13,134 bases of DNA. Origin: Armatimonadota bacterium. GTDB taxonomy: Bacteria; Armatimonadota; Zipacnadia; Zipacnadales; UBA5352. The stretch spans positions 1-13,134 of the forward strand of contig JAYENL010000061.1 in NCBI GenBank assembly GCA_034722055.1. Reading direction: 5' to 3'. Of the stretch, positions 8,004 through 13,134 are shown one piece after another (position 1 is the stretch's first letter; every line of letters begins with the position of its first letter). Position numbers and translations under genes: made by a program. The notes under the pieces are model-generated. The model saw only the letters and a program-made list of their open reading frames with translations, was not told the DNA's origin and did not search any database.

Positions 8004-8064
8004 GTAGAGGCTGCAGGTCTCTCGCCGCCCCGACAGCTTGCCCGCTCGGGGGCGGCCTCTCCAC
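8004..8064 (-). repeat. REP-like imperfect palindrome related to the RAYT-adjacent GGAG elements
   Basis: Minus strand starts GTGGAGAGGCCGC, against GTGGAGGGGCCGC at 575-563. Stem GCCGCCCCGA (8024-8033) pairs with TCGGGGGCGGC (8046-8056). The + strand starts GTAGAGGCTGC. A small hairpin CTGAACG-GCG-CGTTCAG lies nearby at 7972-7988. Confidence 0.55.
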
Positions 8065-8117
8065 CGGGTGCGAGGGCATGGTGTCATCATGCGACACGAT
8101 GTGCGAGGGTTCATCAC

Positions 8118-10082
8118 TCAGAATTGCTCCTGGTGCGGCCGGACGAAGACCGGCGAGCTCCAGGCCCACGGCCCCTCGGCGGGAGCGATGTTCGACGGGT
8201 ACTGCGGGAAGCCTCCCGGCATGGTGACCTTCGCGAAGTACCACCCGCATGGCGGCAGGTCATCGATCTGCTCGTCGAAGCTCGGCGGGAGATCGGTCAG
8301 CCTGGCGACGACCTCGCCGTCGCCGAACACCTCCAGCAGCTCGACCTGGCGCGGGGCCTGCACGGCGATGCGGGCGCGGAAGGCATCGGAGGGCTCGGCG
8401 CGCTGGCCCATGAAGGCCTCGTTGACCCAGAACCTCAGGCCGATGCGCGCGCCGGCGGTGGCATAGCAGCGCCGGCTGCGCAGGGCCTCGATGATGCCCG
8501 GGAGCGTGAAATCCCGCACCCACAGGCCGGTGAGGCCGCCGCCGAGCCCGGGCGTGCGGCGGTGTCCGTCCGAGGTGCCCACGAAGCCGACCTCGAAACC
8601 GCGATTGAGGTGCTCCACGAAGCACTCGGAGGTGTTGATGTAATCCCCCCAGCCGCAGATGACCTCCATGTTCGCCTCCCGATCGCTGTCGGAGAGCAGG
8701 AAGCGGGCGTGCTGGGTGTTCATGATGCCAGTGGTGCTCTCGATCCACGACAGGAGCGCCTCGAACTCGTCATCCACGTCCGCCCCGCCGATGCCCGCGT
8801 CCGCCCAGCGGAGCATTGGCTCGTCGTAGCGCTCGAAGAGAATGGACCGATGCTGGGGCCGGCACGGCCCCCACTTGGGCTGGGTCCACTCGTAGGCGGG
8901 GATGACGATGAAGCGCCCGTCCTCGGACCACGTGCGGCCCTCGGCCATGGTCTGCCGCCAGCCGGCGTCCGAGAGCCGGCCGCCGTAGATGTAGTCATTG
9001 TCGGTGATGGCGACGAAGTCGATCTGGGCCCTGTCGCGGGCGTAAGCGATCATCTCCACCAGGTCGCCCTCGGCGTCCTCCGACAGGGCTGTGTGGGTGT
9101 GCGGATCGCCGAAGAGAAGCTGGTACTGCTCGCCGGCCAGCGTCAGCTCACGGTCGGCGGGATGGAAGTACTGCCTGGCGGCGAGGTCCACGTCCTGCCA
9201 GCCCTCCCACTCGGTGTCCTGGGGCTGGTCGGGGCGATCACCCATGTCCGCCGAGAGCAGGACGACCTCCCCGCGGCCCGGCTCGGTGATGGGTGTGCCC
9301 CGCTGCGCCGCCACCACCAGGCGGCCGTCGCGGACGCCGGACCTGTCCGGCGCGTAGTCCATGTATCCCCCCTCGACGATTCGCACCGGCTGCGAGCAGC
9401 GCCCGTCCACGAAGCGCCTCCCCAGCAGGGCGCCCGAACACAGAAGCGTGCTGGCGTCATGGGGCTCCTTGCGCTCCCACACCACCCAGACGCCGCCGCG
9501 GTCATCCGGGAGGATGAAGGGCCGGCGGCGCCGGCCGGGATAGCCCCACACCCCGGCCCTGGGCAGCAGGCCGTAGGCCAGGTCCGCCACCTCCTGACAG
9601 TGCCAGCCGCCATTGTTTCTGCAGGCGGCCAGGACGTAGTTGTGCTGGTCGATGACGCCGTCGTCGTTCTCGACATCCACCGTGCGGACCATCGCCACCC
9701 ACGGCCGGCCCTGCGCGTCGAAGCAGACGGTCGGAAACAGCAGCGAGGCGCCCTTCTCGGCGAACTCCTCCACCTCCTCGCCGAACTGCACCTGCACGCG
9801 GGGCGTCGCCGGATCGTCGCTCTTCTCGATGACGTGGCAGGCCTGCACGGAGGCGGCCCGCGACGTTGCAGCAGACCACCTCCGACACGCCTCGGCGGCA
9901 TCCCATGGCACAGCCACAGGGTGCACCTCCTCGTTCCCATCGAGGCAGAAGGCCCGCTGGCCGCCGGAGGCGGTCTGCCAGCCGAAGAGGACGCTTCCCT
10001 CCCGGCTTTCAGCCCAGAGGTCGTAGACATCGTGCGCGGTGTGGCGACCGGCCATGTCCGCAAGGACTGTCAGGTGTTCCAT
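8118..10082 (-). CDS. PHP-superfamily metallohydrolase (DUF3604 / CehA-McbA-like) with N-terminal beta-rich domain
   Basis: Contains FGDPHTHTALSED, DFVAITDND, PAYEWT, QHRSI, NTQH, GFVGTSDGH and ALRSRRCYATAG, and ends AWSSPVFV. GGAG RBS-like sequence upstream; no evident signal peptide. Confidence 0.78.
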   Translation of the reverse strand: MEHLTVLADMAGRHTAHDVYDLWAESREGSVLFGWQTASGGQRAFCLDGNEEVHPVAVPWDAAEACRRWSAATSRAASVQACHVIEKSDDPATPRVQVQFGEEVEEFAEKGASLLFPTVCFDAQGRPWVAMVRTVDVENDDGVIDQHNYVLAACRNNGGWHCQEVADLAYGLLPRAGVWGYPGRRRRPFILPDDRGGVWVVWERKEPHDASTLLCSGALLGRRFVDGRCSQPVRIVEGGYMDYAPDRSGVRDGRLVVAAQRGTPITEPGRGEVVLLSADMGDRPDQPQDTEWEGWQDVDLAARQYFHPADRELTLAGEQYQLLFGDPHTHTALSEDAEGDLVEMIAYARDRAQIDFVAITDNDYIYGGRLSDAGWRQTMAEGRTWSEDGRFIVIPAYEWTQPKWGPCRPQHRSILFERYDEPMLRWADAGIGGADVDDEFEALLSWIESTTGIMNTQHARFLLSDSDREANMEVICGWGDYINTSECFVEHLNRGFEVGFVGTSDGHRRTPGLGGGLTGLWVRDFTLPGIIEALRSRRCYATAGARIGLRFWVNEAFMGQRAEPSDAFRARIAVQAPRQVELLEVFGDGEVVARLTDLPPSFDEQIDDLPPCGWYFAKVTMPGGFPQYPSNIAPAEGPWAWSSPVFVRPHQEQF

Positions 10083-10144
10083 GGCATCTCCGCTCCGTCA
10101 GGGCCTGTCAGGCTGTCAGCACGTGCGTTGGGCGTCCCGCAGCA

Positions 10145-11929
10145 TCAGCCGGCGGCCTCGGCTCCGCCGGCAAGCTCCAGGAGATTGTCCATGAGCGTCT
10201 GGTAGGTCTCGCCGAAGACCGCTCCGGGGCTGGTGTGCGCGTAGTGCCTGACGACCCGCCCCTCGCCGACGCGGTGCACCGTCAGCAGCGGATAGGTGCC
10301 GGCGATCTGGCCCTGGCGCACGTAGCTGACGCCATCGTAGGGGCACACCTCGTGCTCCACCTCCACGAGCACCTGCGCGTCGGTGGCGCGCACGGGATGC
10401 ACGAGGTAGGGGTAGGTGCTGGCACCATCCTCGTAGGCGACCGACTGCCACTGCCCCACCTCGCCAAGGCCCTCGGTCAGGGGGTGCCGGGCGAGTACCC
10501 GCCGGCGAGTCGCGAAGCCGCGGGGGTGATAGTGGAACTCGATGCCCGAAAGCTCCGCCAGCGCGATGGTGGTGGGAGCCTCCTCGCCCTGCTGCTCCTC
10601 ACCGGCCTCCAGGGCCTGCACGCCGGCGTCCAGGATCCAGCCGGGGACCATCTCCAGCACCAGCGTGCCGCCGGCCTCGGCGTACCGGCGCAGCATCTCG
10701 GGCCACTCGCGAGGCATCTTCGACCGCGAAGCGACGATGATGGGGAAGCGCCCCGCCGCGCGCTGCGGCTGGAACTCGCCGCGCTCGAGCAGCCGCACCA
10801 GCTCCACGCGCGGCCACGGGCACACGCGCGGCAGACCGCGGCCGAGACCGCGCTCGCGGCTGAGCAGTGTGCCCAGGTAGGGCCCCTGGCCCAGCTCCCG
10901 CTGCCACCGCGCCAGGTGGGACTCCGGGTCGCCTCGCTGCTGGCCCCACTGGCTTCCCTCCCCCTGCCAGCCGTGCAGCAGCTCGGCCATGGCGGCGTAC
11001 GCAGGGTGATCGATGCCGAGACCGTAGACGCGCACGCCGTCGGCGTACTGGTGCGCGATCTGCAGCTTCTGCACGGCGTCGCGGACGATATGCTCCTCGG
11101 TGGGGTTCTGCTCGTCGGGCGTGAGCACACCCCAGCCGCCCTGGTAGTACCAGATGTAGATGCCGCAGATAACGGGATGGTCGCCGGCAATCTGCCGCAC
11201 GCGCTTGAGCTCGTAGCGCATGACGTCCCCGTACATCTCGAAGCTCTTGGGGTCGTAGCCGGGGATGTACTGGTAGGGATAGCTGTCGGCGCGGTAGTGG
11301 AAGACGATGCCGTCGAGGTAGTCGCCGCGGGTCTCGAACAGCTCCTCGCTCACACTGCCGTAGTACATCAGCGGGACGAAGGCCAGCCGGGGGCAGATGG
11401 CGCGCCAGCGGCGGGCCATCTCCGCCAGCATCTCCGGCGTGAAGAAGCCGCGGTTGTAGGGGAGGAAGTCGTCGCAGCCGAAGGCGACGAAGTTAGGGTA
11501 CTGATCGGCCAGCCGGGCGAAGCGCTCGGCGGTGCTGTAGTAGTACTCCTGCCGCCTCTCCAGCGGCCAGCGGGCGATCTCCTGCTTGCCGCTGGGCGGC
11601 GAGAGCGTGGCCCACACGTCCAGTCCCACCTCGGCGGCGACCTGGATGCTCCGCTCCAGGCGCTCGAAGGCCTCGTCATCCCAGATGCCGCCGAGAGCGT
11701 GCTGGTCCCAGGCGGTGAAGCCCTGCGCCTTGATGGCCTCCATAAAGGGCCGCAGGTTCTGGGGATTCTCACGGAACGAGTAGCCCTGCGTGAACTCGAA
11801 CTTGGAGACGGTGCCCAGCAGGTGCTCCCGCATCCAGGCCAGGCGCTCGGGGCCGGTCGCGGGCACCTCCTGCGCGCGGGCACAGGTGAGCGCGATCAGG
11901 ACCAGGCTCATGATGGCTACCGTCCTCAT
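10145..11929 (-). CDS. Secreted hypothetical protein: putative glycoside-hydrolase-like TIM barrel plus C-terminal GATase1-like (beta-galactosidase trimerisation-type) domain
   Basis: CAGGAGGTG RBS before ATG 11929 and signal peptide MRTVAIMSLVLIALTCARA-QE. The N-terminal half has A..VGLDVWATL, NFVAFGCDDF and DGIVFHY. The C-terminal half has LRRYAEAGGTLVLE, HPLTEGL and PLLTVHRVGEGRVV. Confidence 0.65.
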   Translation of the reverse strand: MRTVAIMSLVLIALTCARAQEVPATGPERLAWMREHLLGTVSKFEFTQGYSFRENPQNLRPFMEAIKAQGFTAWDQHALGGIWDDEAFERLERSIQVAAEVGLDVWATLSPPSGKQEIARWPLERRQEYYYSTAERFARLADQYPNFVAFGCDDFLPYNRGFFTPEMLAEMARRWRAICPRLAFVPLMYYGSVSEELFETRGDYLDGIVFHYRADSYPYQYIPGYDPKSFEMYGDVMRYELKRVRQIAGDHPVICGIYIWYYQGGWGVLTPDEQNPTEEHIVRDAVQKLQIAHQYADGVRVYGLGIDHPAYAAMAELLHGWQGEGSQWGQQRGDPESHLARWQRELGQGPYLGTLLSRERGLGRGLPRVCPWPRVELVRLLERGEFQPQRAAGRFPIIVASRSKMPREWPEMLRRYAEAGGTLVLEMVPGWILDAGVQALEAGEEQQGEEAPTTIALAELSGIEFHYHPRGFATRRRVLARHPLTEGLGEVGQWQSVAYEDGASTYPYLVHPVRATDAQVLVEVEHEVCPYDGVSYVRQGQIAGTYPLLTVHRVGEGRVVRHYAHTSPGAVFGETYQTLMDNLLELAGGAEAAG

Positions 11930-11984
11930 GGCCAGCACCTCCTGCGGACGACGGACGCGTGGGACCGTGCTCGTGCCGGGAGGC

Positions 11985-12012
11985 CCTTCGCCGGCGACTG
12001 GCTGGGACCTGC
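11985..12012 (-). promoter_or_regulatory. Putative alternative-sigma promoter GCAGGT-N12-CCGGCGAAGG
   Basis: Minus strand reads GCAGGT cccagccagtcg CCGGCGAAGG, ending 55 nt before ATG 11929. Identical boxes and spacing occur at 12733-12760. Confidence 0.65.
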
Positions 12013-12057
12013 GGCGGGGGCCGCGCAGCGCCACTTCACCTTGGGCCACTCGGTGGG

Positions 12058-12087
12058 ACGACGCGCGGGCGAGGGCGCCCGCGCCCC
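12058..12087 (-). repeat. REP-like hairpin (CCCT-loop family)
   Basis: Minus strand reads GGG-GCGCGGGCG-CCCT-CGCCCGCGC-GTCGT, a perfect 9-bp stem that aligns without gaps to 7918-7947. Confidence 0.7.
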
Positions 12088-12109
12088 AGAAAGGATGGAC
12101 ATCTCATAC

Positions 12110-12207
12110 TGGGAAGCCGGCGCCCTCGCCAACCCATTCCATCCTTGGGAAGCCGGCGCCCCCGCCGACCCATTCCATCCTTGGGAAGCCGGCGCCCCCG
12201 CCGGCTT
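12110..12207 (+). repeat. 36-bp tandem repeat (about 2.7 copies) built on a REP-like hairpin
   Basis: Units start at 12110, 12146 and 12182 with sequence TGGGAAGCCGGCGCCCYCGCCRACCCATTCCATCCT. The third unit ends in the perfect hairpin AAGCCGGCG-CCCC-CGCCGGCTT (12186-12207). Confidence 0.9.
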
Positions 12208-12270
12208 GTGGCGCGCAGCGCCACTCGAGTCTACGGGTCATTCCGCCAAACGTACCGCGATTGTCGTTCC

Positions 12271-12394
12271 TGTCGTACGGAGGGCTGGCCTGCCCAGGCC
12301 AGCCGTCGCGCGAAGCGCGACAGTCGTTCCGAGACAACGAATGCGGGCCTTTCGGCCCGCGTCGGGCGTAGGCACGCCCGACCTCCGTACGACA
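12271..12394. repeat. REPIN/BIME-like composite: two inverted GGAG-tagged double-hairpin units
   Basis: 13-bp perfect terminal inverted repeat TGTCGTACGGAGG (12271-12283) / CCTCCGTACGACA (12382-12394). Each end is followed inward by a 9-bp and then a 7-bp hairpin. Confidence 0.75.
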
Positions 12395-12615
12395 CGACAG
12401 GGACCACACGCCACCGGTGCCGCCCGGTCGCTGTCAGTGAGTGTTGACCCGATCACAGACGACGCAGGTACAGCAGTGTGCGTGCCACGGAACGGCAAGC
12501 GAGCTTGAGCGGAGCCGAGGCCGGGCTTCCTTGCCCCCTCTGCCGCCACCACGGGCCCGTCCTTCGCGTAGGGCGGGCTTACGGAGATCGCAGGCGATCT
12601 CGCCGACAACGGCAA

Positions 12616-12645
12616 ACGGCGTGCGGAGGAGGGCCTCCGCACCAC
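12616..12645 (-). repeat. REP-like hairpin (CCCT-loop family)
   Basis: Minus strand reads GTG-GTGCGGAGG-CCCT-CCTCCGCAC-GCCGT, a perfect 9-bp stem that aligns without gaps to 7918-7947. Confidence 0.7.
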
Positions 12646-12732
12646 GGATGGACACCAAAGCTGTGAGCGTCCGAAGGCGCGCAGGCGAGCCAGGTCGCGC
12701 GCCTCTTCCTGCCGCCACAGCGCGGCCCGTGC

Positions 12733-12760
12733 GCAGGTTTCCGATACGGTCCGGCGAAGG
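12733..12760 (+). promoter_or_regulatory. Putative alternative-sigma promoter GCAGGT-N12-CCGGCGAAGG
   Basis: Reads GCAGGT ttccgatacggt CCGGCGAAGG, ending 54 nt before ATG 12815. It mirrors the motif at 11985-12012. Confidence 0.65.
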
Positions 12761-12814
12761 CACTCAGCGAGGAATCTGCAGCCGATCAGCCCCGCGCGTG
12801 GGAGGCAGGAAGTG

Positions 12815-13134
12815 ATGAGAGCCGCCACCGCCTGTGTGATCTGTGCGTTGAGCGCGTGCCTGCTCGCACCAGCCGCAGCCGATCTGCCCCTGAGGGTGGC
12901 AATCTATAGCGACGGGCTGGGCGGGCAGGCCGTGGCCGAGGCGCTGGCCGAGCGCGAGGACATCAAGCCGACGGTCCTCGAGGACCTGGATGCCGAGGAG
13001 CTGCTGGGCTTTGACGCGCTCTTCATCGGCTCGTGCAGCCTGGACCGCCCCGAGCTCCTCCGGGCCATCCGGGTGTTCGTGGCGTGCGGGGGCGGGGTAG
13101 TGCTCAATCACAGCGCCTGCGGCCGCCACCAGCC
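12815..13134 (+). CDS. Secreted protein with N-terminal class I glutamine amidotransferase-like (ThuA-like) domain; 3'-truncated, not in the ORF track
   Basis: GGGAGG and AGGA upstream, with GTG 12812 or ATG 12815 as start. Translation MRAATACVICALSACLLAPAAA-DLPLRVAIYSDGLGGQAVAEALAEREDIKPTVLEDLDAEELLGFDALFIGS...LLRAIRVFVACGGGVVLNHSACGRHQ gives a signal peptide, then a 'D(A/V)L.I...I..FV..GGGVV..H' pattern. The frame stays open to the window end. Confidence 0.8.
   Translation, partial: MRAATACVICALSACLLAPAAADLPLRVAIYSDGLGGQAVAEALAEREDIKPTVLEDLDAEELLGFDALFIGSCSLDRPELLRAIRVFVACGGGVVLNHSACGRHQ

Noticed and set aside
12110..12207. Possible mini CRISPR array (36-nt period, palindromic unit)
   Set aside because: The sequences between the palindromes are essentially identical and only about 14 nt long, so there are no unique spacers, and no cas genes are in the window. 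It is a tandem repeat.
12444..12474. Possible sigma70 promoter TTGACC...TACAGC
   Set aside because: The spacing is 19 nt, the -10 box is weak and it lies about 340 nt from the next start, so support is insufficient.
7857..12508. Very long + strand ORFs (7857-10205, 782 aa; 9866-12508, 880 aa), and likewise 6239-7951
   Set aside because: They are antisense shadows of well-supported minus-strand genes, expected from high-GC codon bias, and show no recognisable motifs.
11790..12828. ORFs in the divergent intergenic region, including those with repeated peptides (e.g. HSILGKPAPP, RRGRRLPKDG)
   Set aside because: The peptide repeats are just translations of the 36-bp DNA repeat, with no coding-like composition or start signals.
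12764..13129. Tracked - strand ORFs at the right end
   Set aside because: They are antisense to a + strand frame from 12815 that has an RBS, a signal peptide and a GATase1-like pattern.

Overview
High-GC bacterial window, with no rRNA, tRNA or CRISPR array seen. It opens inside a REP-associated tyrosine (HUH/Y1) transposase gene, followed directly by a pair of inverted GGAG-tagged REP-like hairpins and a heptamer repeat. A + strand operon follows: MtlD-like dehydrogenase, secreted BNR/Asp-box propeller protein, serine O-acetyltransferase with an unusual Cys-rich N-terminus, an untracked 51-aa ORF and a PL10-type pectate lyase. It converges on a - strand set: CocE/NonD hydrolase, PHP-type (DUF3604/CehA-like) metallohydrolase and a secreted glycoside-hydrolase-like protein. 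An ~880 bp divergent intergenic region precedes a truncated secreted GATase1/ThuA-like gene. Highlights: (i) several families of REP-like palindromes whose structure is kept by compensatory changes, in the same window as the transposase; (ii) an identical GCAGGT-N12-CCGGCGAAGG motif 54-55 nt upstream of both divergent genes; (iii) an FNR-like C-x2-C-x5-C motif fused to the serine acetyltransferase. All family calls come from motif recognition by eye, not database searches.
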